Shown here one piece after another: positions 1-13,730 of a stretch of 64,000 nucleotides of DNA. Within the stretch, counting starts at the first letter, position 1. Every line of letters starts with the position of its first letter. The notes under the pieces are model-generated. The model ran no database searches. It worked only from the letters and a program-made list of their open reading frames with translations, and was not told the DNA's origin. The position numbers were made by a program, and so were the translations under genes. The stretch comes from the human T2T-CHM13v2.0 reference genome, Homo sapiens, in the NCBI GenBank assembly GCA_009914755.4, contig CP068257.2:35904001-35968000 (forward strand), given 5' to 3'.

Positions 1-1431
1 GAGGCTGTGAAGTGCTGTATTCCCAAGGAACTGAAGTTCTAGCTGATACCTAATGGAGGAATGGGTGTTATCCTGGTGGGAATGCCCTAGAATCTAGGAG
101 AAGACAACAGGCCATTCGAAGGTGAGGAGGCTTGCCAGCATCAGTTTATAAGTGGACAGAGTCGAGAGCTATTTAGGAAGGAGAGCTGACAGACCTCGGG
201 GACTGAATGGATGCTGGGAGTAGGGGTGAAAAGAGAGGAGTCAGGCTTCCTCCCAGAGTTTGAGGACTTTGAGTGCTAAGGGCTTGTAGGAGAACGTTGT
301 GGAGATGTCCGGTAGGCATCTGAAAGAATGGATGGAGGAGGGGAAAGTCGGGCCTGGGAATGGCCAATTTCTGGTCATTCTCATATAGGCAACTGATGGC
401 GAAGGGGATGACCTAGAGGGAGTTGGGAGGACAGCCTAGGATACGTAAATAAGAGAATCTTGTATGTTCTAAAAATTAGCATCATTGCAGCTTCCTCAGC
501 CCTAGGATGGTTTTTAGATCTATCAAGGGATAGAAGATTGTCCAGCCCCTTGCTGCCCAGTGTAGTCAGTGGGCTGACGACATTAGCATCACCTGGGTGC
601 TTGCTAGCAATGCAAAATCTCAGGCCCCAGCCCAGACCACTGGATGAGAATCTGCATTTGAACAAGGTCCCCAGGTCATTCATGCACATTCAAAGTCAGA
701 GACACTGCCCCAACACCTCACTTTAGAGTGAGAAAACTTAACAGGTTTAAGCAACTTGCAGAAGATGACACAACTGACCAGCGACAGTCTGTCTTCTAGT
801 CAGGCCTCTTTCCAGTTCTCCACGCTGACCTTGACTTTCGAGATCACATACCAAGACCTTCAGCTGGATGGTCCCTGTAGCTGCTGTGACCACTAGAAGC
901 AGGGTTAGGGGCGAGACTAATTTAATATCAATTAATGTAGACACTAGGCTTAGGGCTAGGGAAAATGTAGTGAAGGATGCCTGTATTGTCCTAATGAACC
1001 ACACTGGTGCCTACAAAATTTTTATTTTGGCAAAACCGTCCATGAATTTGGAGATGTTGAACAGGTTTCTCTCCGACAATCGTCTCGTTTAATTGTGAAA
1101 CTAGAATCACTTCCAGGAAGCTCTGAAGAATCAAGTCTGAGTGATGCAATGCTGCTTCCTCCTTCCTTCTCAAAAGCCTGCTCTTTGCCCATTTCTCTGT
1201 TCCCAAGGTCATTTTCTCCCCTTCTTGTTTCCAGGATCCACAGTTCCTGCTCTGCTTCCGCTTTCCCCACTGCTGGTTCAGGCTGTCTGCAGCAGCAGCA
1301 GCTCCAGGGTGCTGGGACACTGCTGGGTGACGCTCCACAGTGTGTGCTTCCCCATGTGGCTTCCACAGTCCCCTCTTGCTTCTCCCACATGTTAGTCTTC
1401 ATAGATTAGTCTTCATCAATTCTTAGTATTA

Positions 1432-1709
<278 letters not shown>

Positions 1710-2528
1710 TGATGAATTTTCGTTTAGGCCCCTTTCTTTGTGAGAGGGGGCCCCAGGATTATGCCCCGGGATTAAAAGAAGCTGGGAGGCTCTCCAGGAC
1801 CCTGAACAAAGGTGGAAGTAGGGTTGTAAATGGAAGAAAAAATAAGAGAGATTCATTATGTTCTAATGACTATGAGGGAAGCTTTAGTTTTTGTCTCCCT
1901 GAAGCATCAACCTGCTTTCCTGCTGCTGTTATCACATCCTTCCAGGGCTATCGGCTGTTCAGGAACAGGAGAGCTCTGGAAGAGCAGGGACGACTTTGGC
2001 TTCTGTTTCCTGCCCATTGCAGATTAGGCATCAGCAAGGTACCCTCCTGTTTTTGTATGGCTCACCAAACTAAGGGTGATTTTCACATTTTACATGGCTG
2101 AAAAACATCAAATGATATTTCAGGACATAGGGAAATTATATGACATTTGAATTTCAGTGTCCATAAATGAAGTTTTATTGGAACATAACCACATTCATTT
2201 GCAAGTTGTCCACGGCCACTTTGGTGCTACTGTGGCAGAATTGAGTAGTTGCTGCAGAGACCGTATGATGAGAATATGTGGCATTCTCATCATTTTGCCC
2301 TGCCGCTCTGTGCAATGTAAATTGCAGTGACACAGTTATAACTCAGCAGCATTTTGAATGCCACTTGTATTCCCATGCTACAACATTTTATTTTTTATTA
2401 CCAATATATACAAGAAAAGTGGATTTCAAATATCATTGTGCTTTTAAGGTACAATGGAGTATGAATTGTTACTGAATTAGGCAGCAAAGTGCAATGACAT
2501 GGTAGCTGTCCTAAGGAACACAATACAA

Positions 2529-2663
2529 CCAGGTGCAGTGGCTCATGCCTGTAATCCCAACGATTTGGGTGGCTGAGGTGGGAGAATCACTTGAACCCAG
2601 GATTTGGAGACCAGCTTGGGTGGTATAGTGAGACCCCCCATCTCCACAAAAAGTAAAAAAAAA
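2529..2663 (+). mobile_element. Free Alu monomer (FLAM-like) with A-tail
   Basis: GGTGCAGTGGCTCATGCCTGTAATCCCA...CCAGCTTGGGTGGTATAGTGAGACCCC followed by A-run; only one arm present. Confidence 0.75.
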
Positions 2664-2829
2664 CCAAAATACATGTTGTTACTTCCCATCTTAGCACTCA
2701 TCAAGATATTTCTAATTCACAAGAAAGCAATGGTCAGAAAAATTAGAAAATTTAAAATTGAATATCTCATCACAGAATTTATTCACAAAAATAAAAAATG
2801 AAAATGAAGCTACAACCAAAGTAAGTTTC

Positions 2830-3190
2830 AGATGGCTCATTTGTTAGCCAAGCAAGGAAAGTCACTTATGGTGAATTAATTAAATCATGCTTGATTACTG
2901 CAGCTGAAGAAACATGCTCAGAGAAAGTAAACTTGTTTATTGGCCTTTCCACGACAACAGTTGCTCAAAGAGTTGACATTAGGAATGACATCAGTAGTCG
3001 ACTAAAAAGGCAAATGGTTTTGAGTGGTTTCCCCTGACTCTCATGACAGGGGTCACCATATGTTATGCACACTGCTCCGCTATTGCTCTTTATTTGAGGA
3101 GCCAGTACCAAGTTGGAAGTAACTGAAGAATTGGCCTCTATCAATAGTCTTATGTGGAACAACTACTGGCAAAAGTATTTTCAAAGCTGA
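2830..3190. mobile_element. Possible hAT (Charlie-like) DNA-transposon internal fragment, left part
   Basis: Non-Alu, non-L1 interspersed-looking sequence next to Alu and THE1 insertions; resemblance to Charlie internal regions recalled from memory only. Confidence 0.2.
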
Positions 3191-3197
3191 GAAAACT

Positions 3198-3530
<333 letters not shown>

Positions 3531-3570
3531 CTAAGATGTGTTATGACTGTTGGTAGTGGAAATATATGTG

Positions 3571-3932
3571 TGTATTAGTCCATTTTCATACTGCTATAAA
3601 GAAAAGCCTGAGACTGGGTAATTTATAAAGAAAAAGAGGTTTAATGGACTCACAGTCCCGCATGGTTGGGGAGGCCTCACAATCGTTGTGGAAGGTAAAG
3701 GAGAAGCCAAGGCAAGTCTTAGGTGGCGGCAAGCAAGAGAGTGTGTGCAGGGGAACTGCCCTTTATAAAACCATCAGATCTCATGAGACTTACTCACTAT
3801 TATGAGAACAGCATGGTAAAATCCTGCCTCCATGATTCAGTTACCTCCCACTGGGTCCTACCCATGACACGTGGGGATTATGGGGGCTACAATTCAATGA
3901 GATTTGGGTGGGGACACAGCTAACTCATATCA
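3571..3932 (-). mobile_element. THE1-family ERVL-MaLR solo LTR
   Basis: Reverse complement of THE1 LTR consensus: TGTATTAGTCCATTTTCATACTGCTATAAAGA...TTATAAAACCATCAGATCTCATGAGACTTA...GATTTGGGTGGGGACACAGC..ATATCA. Confidence 0.85.
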
Positions 3933-3934
3933 GT

Positions 3935-4750
3935 GTGGAATAGAAAATGGCTCAGTTGGACAACTTACAAAGCTTGTAATAATATAAGGTGTTAAAGCCT
4001 ATAGATTATTCATTGTATTATTTAAGTCAACAGATACTTTGTGAGAAATATTTGAATCTATCATGCATTATTGAACCAGTATTGTCAATAGTGAACTTCC
4101 TTTAGCTCTTGTGGACTTCACTATCAACAGCTCTCATGAATTTTTGTCAGAAATATTAGCTGAATATCCCGACATGGCCTGTAATACAGCAGTTCAATGG
4201 TTTAGTAGTGGTAAAGTTTCATTTAAGTTTTGAGCTCAGGACAAAGATTGAAATTTTTCTGAATGAGAACTGCCCCGAACCACCGTTACTAAACACTGAA
4301 TAGTTTTGGAAATTCACTTTTGCTGCAGACTTGATAGTGTTTCTTAAGGAATTCAGCCTAAACCACAAGATAAAAACAGTGTTTATGTGAAACTCCTACT
4401 GTGTTAAGTGATTTCAAGAAGAACTATTGTTTGAATCACAACTAATGTTACTGCTTTAAGCTCTTCCCATGTTGTTAAAAGTTAAAAAAAGAAGAGCTCC
4501 ATTCCCACACACATTTGCCACAGATACATTATCTGAGCCCAAACTACAGTTTGAGCAGTGTGTTAGGGACCTCAATGCAAACCCAAAAGAAATTTTTATA
4601 TTTCAGAATCCATTGATCTGCATTTGAGAAGTGATTAATGTGTTGAAAGGCAACTATCTAAAGAAAAATTTAATAGAGTCTAATAGAATCTTATAAAAAT
4701 GTATAAATGTGTTTTATGTAATAAATATGCTAAGCTAAACATCTTATGCT
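3935..4750. mobile_element. Possible hAT/Charlie-like DNA-transposon remnant, right part
   Basis: AT-rich segment between THE1 LTR and the next Alu; no ORF; interspersed-repeat-like; family not verified. Confidence 0.2.
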
Positions 4751-4754
4751 CATG

Positions 4755-5112
<358 letters not shown>

Positions 5113-5739
5113 TCAAAGATGAACTGTGTCACATCTCATTCCAAATCAGCATTAACAGATAAATATATGCAAATATGCAATTGGTTTTGACGATTCACAA
5201 CACTAGCTCTGAATCTCAATTAGGGAAATGTTATTCCCCCAAAAGATTTCCAATTCTTATTGGTAGACCGGCGTTACCAGAAAATTGTACTCTATTGTTA
5301 TCCTTGAATTTCATCAATTAAGATTTTTTTGGAAAATATTTTTGGAAATATTTATTCTCTTCTTATAGAAAACACCTATTCAATATTTTAGATTTGCGCC
5401 TTTTGACCCAGAAAACCTAAAGTATTTGTTATTTTTACAGAAAACATCTCTAAGAGATGGAGCAAATAAGTAAATGGGTTTGGGTTTACAGGTTGGTATC
5501 CCCAAAAAGCAAGTTTGGGGCAGGAATCTGGGACCTTCTGCTCCCACTCCCCAGCACAGCCTCTGCTTCTTAAAGTCCTGGGGCCTGTAGGAGGAAGGCA
5601 CCTTGGTGAGAACCACCAAGAGGATGGCTACGTGCCCAGCAGCGGGAGATGGCAGTCCAGAGATGAGTTTGCAGGCCTGCAGCTCGTCTGCTGAGCTCGT
5701 CAACCCTCATGCTGATCTCCACTCACCAGTTTGCCTGCT

Positions 5740-5940
5740 TAGCGGCAGTCCTGTTGTGTGGATCTTCTCACTTAATGCACACAGCAGTCCTGTGAAGCAG
5801 ATGGACCCTGTTCCTGTCCTCATTTCTGAGATGGAGAAAATTGAGGCCCCAAGAGAACGGTCACTTGTAGCATCCATTGGCTGCAGTGTTGAGGCCAGCT
5901 TTTGACCCCAGGCAGGCAGAATCCAGAGACTGCTTTGAAC
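5740..5940 (-). mobile_element. MIR SINE fragment
   Basis: GAGATGGAGAAAATTGAGGCCCCAAGAGAACGGTCACTTGTAGCATCCATTGGCTGCAG resembles MIR antisense core (ACAGATGAGGAAACTGAGGCTCAGAGAGGTTAAGTAACTTGCCCAAGGTCACACAGCTAGTAAGTGGCAGAG). Confidence 0.6.
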
Positions 5941-6072
5941 TCCTCTGCCAAGCCCACTGGTGAGGAATGCTCAATTACTGCCCCACATTGAGAGGCATTT
6001 CTTTATTCCTAGTACCAAAAAAAAACATGCTTAGCAAATAGGCTTTGGAGTCAGGCAGAGCCTCCCCGCCAC

Positions 6073-6402
6073 TTTTTTTGTGTTTTTGTTTTGTTTTGTT
6101 TTTTTAATAGGAGACAGGATCTCACCCTGTCGCCCTGACTGGAGTACAGTGGAGTGTTCATAGCTCACTATATCCCTGAACTCCTGGGCGCAAGCAGTCC
6201 TCCTGCCTCAGCATCCTGAGTAGCTTGGACTACAGGTGCATGCCACCACCAAGCCTGGCTAATTTTTTTTTTAATTGTTTTTGTAGAGACGGAGTCTTGC
6301 TATGTTGGCCAGGCTGATTTGGAACTCCTGGGCTGAAACACTCCTCCCAACTTGGCCTCTCAAAGTGCTGTGATTACAGGTGTGAGCCATCATGCCTGGC
6401 CC
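6073..6402 (-). mobile_element. Alu SINE (older, AluJ-like), antisense
   Basis: T-rich 5' flank then GGAGACAGGATCTCACCCTGTCGCCCTGACTGGAGTACAGTGG...GTGTGAGCCATCATGCCTGGCC; diverged. Confidence 0.9.
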
Positions 6403-6429
6403 AGACCCCATTTTAAATCACAGATCTGT

Positions 6430-6565
6430 CGTATACTAGTTGTGTGTCATTAGGCAAATTGCTTAGCCTCTCTGATCCTTTATTTTCCTCAGCTATCAAA
6501 TGGGGATAATAATATTTGCCTTGCAGCATTGTTAGGGTTGGATACAAGTTTGGAAGGCCCAGATG
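6430..6565 (+). mobile_element. MIR SINE fragment
   Basis: CCTCTCTGATCCTTTATTTTCCTCAGCTATCAAATGGGGATAATAATATTTGCC matches MIR core CCTCTCTGTGCCTCAGTTTCCTCATCTGTAAAATGGGGATAATAATA. Confidence 0.7.
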
Positions 6566-7071
6566 TGATGATTGGCACACAAAGGCTAATACTGGGATTC
6601 CAAGGAGTCCCATGTGGTGGGTCCATCCGGGCCCAACAGGTTGTATATCTTAGCACTCATTCGGCCCCATCCTGCCTTTCCCTGTAACAGTGGCCGGTAG
6701 GGGTCCCCCGAACAGTCAAATTGACCAGTGGTCTTGCCCGTAAAGGGTGTTTCTGGGATCAGAGGGAAGAGGAGGATTAATGATTCCAGAACAACAAAAA
6801 GTCCTCAATTTCCACGTTTCTGGTCTTACTCTTGGAATCCAGGGTCGCCATTACCATTATGGAATATGGAGGAACCCCCTTTTTGGGCTTGTAGAAACCC
6901 ACAGACACATTTCTCAGGGGCTGGGCCATGTGTGCATTCTTCCCCAGTCTCCTTCCCACTCCCACTGGCCGTGTCCTGGCCTGGCCTTATCTTTGGCTGG
7001 ACTCATTGTTATAATGCGTGCTGCTGGTGAAGTGCTCACTATGTGTGAGTCTCTGTGCTGAACAGTCCACT

Positions 7072-7258
7072 TCTTCCTCGCTCTGGGACTTTGGGCAAGG
7101 TACTTAAACTATCTGGGTCTCTGTTTCCTCATCTGTAAAATGGGGATGAGAATGTCACCTTCCCTATAGGTTACTATGGGATCAAATGAGTTAATACACT
7201 TGACACTATCAGAACAGTGCCTGCCGCATAGTAGGGCTTCATGTTCGTGGTTCTAATA
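7072..7258 (+). mobile_element. MIR SINE
   Basis: GGGACTTTGGGCAAGGTACTTAAACTATCTGGGTCTCTGTTTCCTCATCTGTAAAATGGGGATGAGAATG...CAGTGCCTGCCGCATAGTAGG matches MIR consensus over about 180 bp. Confidence 0.8.
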
Positions 7259-7289
7259 GCCTGGGACATAAGGACTGTTACCTGAGATT

Positions 7290-7392
7290 CCATAATACAC
7301 CCAAGGCCACAGAGCTGCTGATTTGAGAGTGAGGGTTCAAACCCAGGTTTGCAGACTAAAGCCAGGCTACTTGACCATTACCCCAAACCGCA
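7290..7392 (-). mobile_element. MIR SINE 5' fragment, inverted relative to the neighbouring MIR
   Basis: CCAAGGCCACAGAGCTGCTGATTTGAGAGTGAGGGTTCAAACCCAGGTTTGCAGACTAAAGCC resembles MIR antisense 5' part (AAGGTCACACAGCTAGTAAGTGGCAGAGCTGGGATTCGAACCCAGG). Confidence 0.5.
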
Positions 7393-7831
7393 TCCAAGCC
7401 ATGCCCACCCCCTCCCCTGCTGTCTCCCCATGCCCCTGTGCCCCGGCTCCATCCGTTACCTGATGAGCAATGCAGACATTTCCCTCTTCTATTGAAAGTC
7501 CTATCCCTGTCATTGCCATATAACCTAAGAGTCTGGACAAGTCATTCCCTAACTACCCTCAGCCTCCTGCACTCCAGCTTTATGGGCCTCTCAAATGTGC
7601 CTCCTCTGGCACTTGCTTCTGGCTTGAGCTTCTGTGATGCTTTCCTGGTCCTCACCAGCATCACATCCATTCATGGCCCGTGGTCCCATCTGTGTTGCCC
7701 TGCACTTAGTTTGTGTCCTTAGTCTCCACACCCCATAGCTGGTGTCAGAGTCAACAATGTCTCTCCCCTTTTCCTCCTGAAGGCAGGAGCTGTTTCTCCT
7801 CCTTCTCCTACCTCTAGTGCATGGTGCGCAT

Positions 7832-7877
7832 TGGATGGATGGATGGATGGAGGGAGGGAGGGAGGGAGGGAGGGAGG
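7832..7877. repeat. Compound microsatellite (TGGA)4(GGGA)7
   Basis: TGGATGGATGGATGGATGGAGGGAGGGAGGGAGGGAGGGAGGGAGG read directly. Confidence 0.95.
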
Positions 7878-8620
7878 CATGGAGGCACTTGCTTCTTAGG
7901 AAGGAAGACAGTTGGCTGGACCAGTTAGATCTCTTTCCAAAAGCTTTTTGAAGTTACTTTTTAAAACTGTGCTAATAGAGCTGGAAGGGACTCCCTCAAG
8001 CAGGAAGTTGCTGAGGGAGCCAGGGACTAAGAAACACCATTTCACTCTTGTACCTGAAAGAGCTTTCTCGGCTTGGAGTGGGAAACCACAGGCTGCCATC
8101 CCCAACTCTGCTGGTTTTAGAGAAACACAGTCGGGAGGCGCAGCTCCCCCATTCACCGACACCCTTTGGGGCAGATACTTTTAGTTTTGTTTGGGCAGAG
8201 AGGAAGCTCGGGGCTGGGGACTGTCATGGGTGGCCGTGTGTGCAGCTCCAGCACCCCAGATTGGTCAGGGTTGAGGGAGCTGACTGAGGTGGAGCTGTGC
8301 CCATGGCCAAGGGCAAGGGCCCAGGGTTGGTTCAGGTGGGTGGGCTTGGGCTGGCCTGAAGGGGGCAAGAGTGGACATTTGGCCACCAGGAGAGAGGGTG
8401 AAGGCAAATAGAAAAATATGAGTTGCATCAGGGAATTTTGGCTTTTGAACCTAAAGCCAATTTTTTAAAAAATGATCAAGTTTCTTTGCTTCTTTGAATA
8501 TTTAACAAATAGTTATATGTGATGTAAGCCTGAATTGTGAAGAATCTATGATTATAAAGAGTTAGGGCTTGAGTAGCATGCCCCATCTAGTCCCAGATGT
8601 CATCCAAAAGGTCACAGGAT

Positions 8621-8946
8621 GGGCCGGATGCAGTGGCTCATGCCTGGAGTCCCAGAGATTCTGGAGGCCAAGATGGAAGGATTGCTGGAGGCCAGGAGTT
8701 CAAGACCAGCCTGGGCAACAGAGTAAGACCTTGTCTCTGTTAAAAACAAAAACAAACAACAAAAAACACACATAAAATTATTAGCTGGACCTGTTGGCAC
8801 ATGCCTGTAGTCCCAGCTACTCAGGAGGCTGAGGTGGGAGGATCGCTTGAGCCCAGGAGTTCGAGGCTGCAGTGAGCTGTGATGGCACTACTGCACTCCA
8901 GCCTGGGTAACAGAGCAAGACTCTGTCTCTAAATAAATCAATAAAT
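8621..8946 (+). mobile_element. Alu SINE
   Basis: GGGCCGGATGCAGTGGCTCATGCCTGGAGTCCCAGAG...CACTCCAGCCTGGGTAACAGAGCAAGACTCTGTCTCTAAATAAATCAATAAATG. Confidence 0.9.
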
Positions 8947-9284
8947 GAAACCAGGATGGCTAAATAGTAGCAAGCAGAGGCTTACCGGCAGTATCAGTTT
9001 GTGGCATGTACCGAAGGCGATATCCAGGGAGAGGGGAAGGACAGGTTGGGTTTTATGCCTCATGGGGCCCGTATCACACAATGGAGTCACAGATTCAGCA
9101 GGTCTGGGGGAAAAGCTATACATATTTCCAAGGGAGATTGAGCGCATGGGCAATAGGCAAACGTGTAACATGCATCCCATGTCCACTTGGGGGTGAGGTT
9201 CTAGCATTAAAATGAGGTGGATTTGGCTTTTGACTTCAAAAGGTGAGCTATAGGGCACAAAGTTGGTGCACACCCTGTCGGCGC

Positions 9285-10330
9285 TCAAGCTGGCCCCGGG
9301 TCTGCAGTGTTATGAGGAGAGCCGGTAGGGCCGCCCTCGGTCCCAGCAGAGTTGTAATGGTCTGTGTTGTAAATCAGAGTTAGGAGGGGTCTGACAACTT
9401 TCCTGTTAGTGCGGAGTTTAGCCCCAGTGTGGTTTGTCCTGCAGCTCAGGAATCTAGGGGGTTGCCTGCCCACTGAGCTTAGACCCTGGAGCCCAGGGAG
9501 CTCTTAATTGACAGAAGGGTGTCCTTTTGGTCTCAGATCATACCGGTAACGCTCCTGCCAAGCAGCCCTGGACAGGGGCCCAGCCTACCGCCAGGAGCCA
9601 CCTGTCAAACGGCGGCTTAGGGGGTTTAAAAAGGAAATTAATCCCTCTTCAAGACCACATAGATAAACCTCTGGTTGGGAGGTGACAGCAAATCTTATCA
9701 AAGCAAATTGTCTAGACGTTTCGAGGAGCTCTAGGACGTGGACCTGCTCAATCTTTCTAGAAAGGCCTGCGGCTGCAGGGGCCAGGTTAAGGGGCCCCTT
9801 AACCTGCTTCAGAAGAGGCAAGACTGCGTCCTTCCCCGCTGCCCACTGGGACTGACTTGGAGGCCCGAGGAAGGATTTGTTCCCGCAGGGACCAAGTTCC
9901 CTCAGGCCACACCAGCCTGGGAACCAAAACAGGATTGCAGTGACAGAACACAGCGTCTCTGGCTCTGCGCCTACCCTGTTCTTGCTGTGCCCCCAGCGCT
10001 CTTGAAGCTGTGTCCTTCCCTGCCTGCCTCCCTCCAGCTGGGCCCCCCTCTCCAGCCACCCTGTCCTGCCCTCCTTCCCTCCCTGCCTGGGTCTTGTGGC
10101 TGCGGAGGCCAGAAAGTGGAGTGGCCCCTGTGTTACCACAAGTCCCGCAGGGCAGAGGAGGGGAGGAAGGGGGCGCGCAGGAAGCCTGGGAACACCCACC
10201 CTTCAGGGCTCAGGACAACCCCACTCCTGGACAGCCTCCAGCCCTGGCAGCGACAATCCTGGGCCCCGCCCAGTACTGCATGGGCACTGCCAAGACAGAG
10301 CTGGACACATGCCCACGGGGTAGAGTTTGA
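9285..10330. other. GC-rich block of about 1 kb with moderate CpG content; two long mutually overlapping ORFs on opposite strands are most likely compositional artefacts
   Basis: Visible GC richness and scattered CpGs (TCGGCGCTC, CCCCGGG, GCCGCCCTCGG, AACGGCGGC); ORFs 9585-10199(-) and 9738-10385(+) overlap antisense and are Pro/Arg/Gly/Ala-rich. Confidence 0.3.
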
Positions 10331-10569
10331 TTTGGGGGCCATTTTTGCCCCTTTCTACAATGACGTTTTCTCTGACAAAATTTAGACTGTAATTTAAAAA
10401 ATAGTTTCTGACTGTGATGAGAAGGAAAAGGCAACATGCTTCCCAAACTAAGAGTATTTGAAGACTTTTTGAGTTCCTGTAATAATATACCAACTTCGCT
10501 TAGATTTAACAATTGTTTTTTGCTGAAACGTGGTATTTCCAAATTACTTCAGTCTGCATCTCTAAAAAA

Positions 10570-10812
10570 TGACATTGTCTTGCTTATCCATTAATACCAT
10601 TATCACACCTTAAAGAGAATTAAAATCATTCCTTACTGGTGTCAAACACTTGATCCGTATTCAGTGTTCCCATTGTCCCCAAAATATTTTACTGCCAGTT
10701 TGTTCAAACCAGGATTCAATTAGGGTCCACGTGTTGTGTTTAGTTCGTTTCTTACCTCTCCTTAGATCTAGAACAGTTTGCTCTCTGTATTTTGGGTAAA
10801 AGAAAAATGTTC
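10570..10812 (+). mobile_element. Old L1 (L1M-type) 3' UTR-like fragment
   Basis: ATTAATACCATTATCACACCTTAAAGAGAATTAAAATCATTCC...TTTGTTCAAACCAGGATTCAATTAGGGTCCACGTGTTGTGTTTAGTT matches the conserved L1M 3' end block recalled from memory. Confidence 0.45.
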
Positions 10813-10813
10813 C

Positions 10814-11340
<527 letters not shown>

Positions 11341-11483
11341 GTGTTGGTTTGTAAACCTCTGCACATGCCACTCCTACCTGGCTTCAGTTACAGAGGCTTC
11401 TGGGCCGTTTCAATACTTAGCAGGCAGGTGCACCTCATTTCATCACGTTTCTCTTCGGGGTTTTCCTGCTTACCCTTGCTTTT

Positions 11484-11530
11484 ATTCACACACACACATA
11501 TATATACACACACACACGTATACAAGTATA
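11484..11530. repeat. (CA)n/(TA)n compound microsatellite
   Basis: CACACACACATATATATACACACACACACGTATACAAGTATATATA. Confidence 0.9.
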
Positions 11531-12359
11531 TATAATTAACTGGAGTTGGGGGAATTAGCTGATAAGAGAACTGGCTAAACAATGTAGGAATCACCAATGC
11601 ACCCAGCAGTCACTACACCTGGAACTGATCCTGAGCACCCAACGAAGGGCCACTCCTACCCGCACCCCTCTGCTAAGACCCAGACCTCGTGGAGAGGGCT
11701 GCCGTCATGACTCATTCATGGGAGAGGGTGTGATCGTGACTCACTGGACGACAGAGGAGCTTGCTGAGGTGCTTCCCCAGCAAGACGTGACTGAAACCCA
11801 CCCTCTGCTGTGGGAATTGGCCCCCGGGGAGGTGCCACGTCTCAGAGCTCCCTGCTGGCTGCCTCGGGCAGTGCTGCAGAAGTCCCTGGGGGGGAACCTG
11901 TCTGGCTGCAGGCTCTCCAGCACTGCTCGTGGGAGGGTGATTGGCAGGTGTCCCATGGTCAGTGCTGTGCTGTGCAGTCACTAGGGTATGTGCCCAGGTA
12001 AATCCATCCGTGGGTGTTTCTCCTGCTGGCACTGGCTGGAAGCCACCCAGGGCTGGGGCTGTGCCATGGAGGCCGCTCATGGGGGGACTCACTGCTGGAA
12101 TGCCCAGGAAGCAATCCAGGGAGAAGCGACCAGCCCGCAGGACTGAGAGGGACTGATACCAAGTGAACTGAATTAATAATATGGGTGAAGTGTTCGTTTC
12201 ATTTTTTTTGAGAGGGAAAATAAAGATTCTTGGTTTCATTCTAACTACCTACTCACTTGCCAAATTGTTAGGGGGACTAGTGGCACTCTTAGTGTAGACT
12301 CTCAAAAACAGCTCAAGGATATTAAAGGACCTATTTTAAATGTAAAATTTGACCCGTTT

Positions 12360-12565
12360 TTTAAAACTTATATTTGTAGGTTCAGGGGTACGTGTGCAGG
12401 TTTGTTATATAGGTAAACTCATGTCATGGGCGTTTGATGTACAGATTATTTTGGCACCCAGGTATTAAGCCCAATGCCCAATAGTTATGTTTTCTGCTCC
12501 TCTCCCTCCTCCACTCTCGGGTAGGTCCCAGTGTCTGTTGTTCCCCTTTGTGTTCATGAAAACTT
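12360..12565 (-). mobile_element. L1 (L1P-type) 3'-terminal fragment, antisense
   Basis: GGTTCAGGGGTACGTGTGCAGGTTTGTTATATAGGTAAACTCATGTCATGGGCGTTTGATGTACAGATTATTTTGGCACCCAGGTATTAAGCCCAATGCCCAATAG matches the reverse complement of the L1 3' end. Confidence 0.75.
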
Positions 12566-12589
12566 GATCAGTTTTGATGTATGTATACC

Positions 12590-12727
12590 CTTATGTCATC
12601 ACACCACTATCAGAATGTCAATTTCATCTCCCCAAAAACTCCCTGTTCCCATTTCTGGTCCATCTTTCTCTCTGTCCCATTCCTAGGCAACCACTGATCT
12701 ACTCGTAGCATTTTCGATTGGTTAAAA
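12590..12727 (+). mobile_element. Old L1 3' UTR-like fragment (orientation inferred)
   Basis: CACACCACTATCAGAATGTCAATTTCATCTCCCCAAAAACTCCCTG...CCTAGGCAACCACTGATCTACTC resembles the L1M 3' UTR block ...GGCAACCACTGATCTGCTTTCTGTC. Confidence 0.4.
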
Positions 12728-13289
12728 TAATATAGGAAAATCAATGCCTGAGAATAGCGAGAAAAGCACAAGGAAGAAGAGCAATTAGGGGTGGGGCGAC
12801 TTGCTTCACCAGATGTTGGAATATTCTTTGAAGCCACTGCAGTCTGATCAGTACGGTGTAGGTGCAGGAAGAGACAACTGGATTGGAGGAAGGACAGACC
12901 GGTTGAGACACAGCCCACTGCCTAGGAAGGGGACTGTGAAACAAGGAGCAGTTCTATCAGAGGCAGTCTGACAGGGGCCACCATGCATGGATACTTCTTT
13001 TAATGTGGTAGGGGCATGATTCAAGGATTGGCAGGATCCGAAGAGGAACAGGGTGGGCAGCTTCAGAGGAGGTAGCACTTGAGAAGGGTTTGGCATGATG
13101 CCTGCATTTGTTTGAGGACCAGTGCATGGGGATTAGGAGTTCAGGGAAGCTGTTCAAAGAACTGCATCAGCAAAGGTAGGAAGGTGTGAGTGGCATGCTT
13201 TGATGGAGGCAGAATAGTGGCCAAAGCTGTCCATGTCCTACTCTCAAGAGCCTGTGACTGTTAGGTTACATAGCGAAGGGGAATTATGG

Positions 13290-13730
13290 TTGCTGATTAG
13301 CTCGCCTTGAGATGGAGGGGATGAGCCTAGGTTATCTGGATGGAGCCAGTGTCATCACAAGGGGCTGTATGAGCAGAGGAGGAAGGCAGGAGAGGGAGAC
13401 CCAGAGAGGCTGTAGCACGAGAAGGACTCGGTCCCATGCTGCTGGCTTTGAAGGTGGAGGAGGGGCCTCTAGAAGCTGGAAAAGGTAAGCACAGGGATTC
13501 TCCCCTTCAGCCTCCAGAAAGAAATGCCGTCCTGCCGACAGCTTGATTGGAGCTGAGTGAGTCCCATTTTGGACTTCTGACCTCCAGATAATAAGTTTGT
13601 GTTAATATCTGCTATGTACCAATAAAAACAAAAAATAACAGACTTAACAATGACAGCAAAAAATATTTTGTGTTAAGTCACTGACTTTGTGGTAATTTGT
13701 TACAGCAGCCACAAGAAACAAATACTAGCA
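13290..13730 (+). mobile_element. MLT1-type ERVL-MaLR solo LTR with a small internal insertion
   Basis: GCTGGCTTTGAAGGTGGAGGAGGGGCC...CTAGAAGCTGGAAAAGGTAAGCACAGGGATTCTCCCCTTCAGCCTCCAGAAAGAAATGCCGTCCTGCCGACAGCTTGATTGGAGC...TTTGGACTTCTGACCTCCAGATAATAAGTTTGTGTT...TTTGTGGTAATTTGTTACAGCAGCCACAAG is typical MLT1 wording. Confidence 0.6.

Noticed and set aside
9585-10385. Two long ORFs (204 aa minus strand, 215 aa plus strand) overlapping each other antisense in the GC-rich block
   Set aside because: Mutual antisense overlap plus low-complexity Pro/Gly/Ala/Arg composition points to compositional artefacts; no splice-site-bounded exon-like segment stood out.
11712-12239. 175-aa minus-strand ORF in a moderately GC-rich unique segment
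   Set aside because: No recognisable domain and a Pro/Gly/Ser-rich composition; a mirror-image plus-strand ORF overlaps it; it looks like chance open frames in GC-rich sequence.
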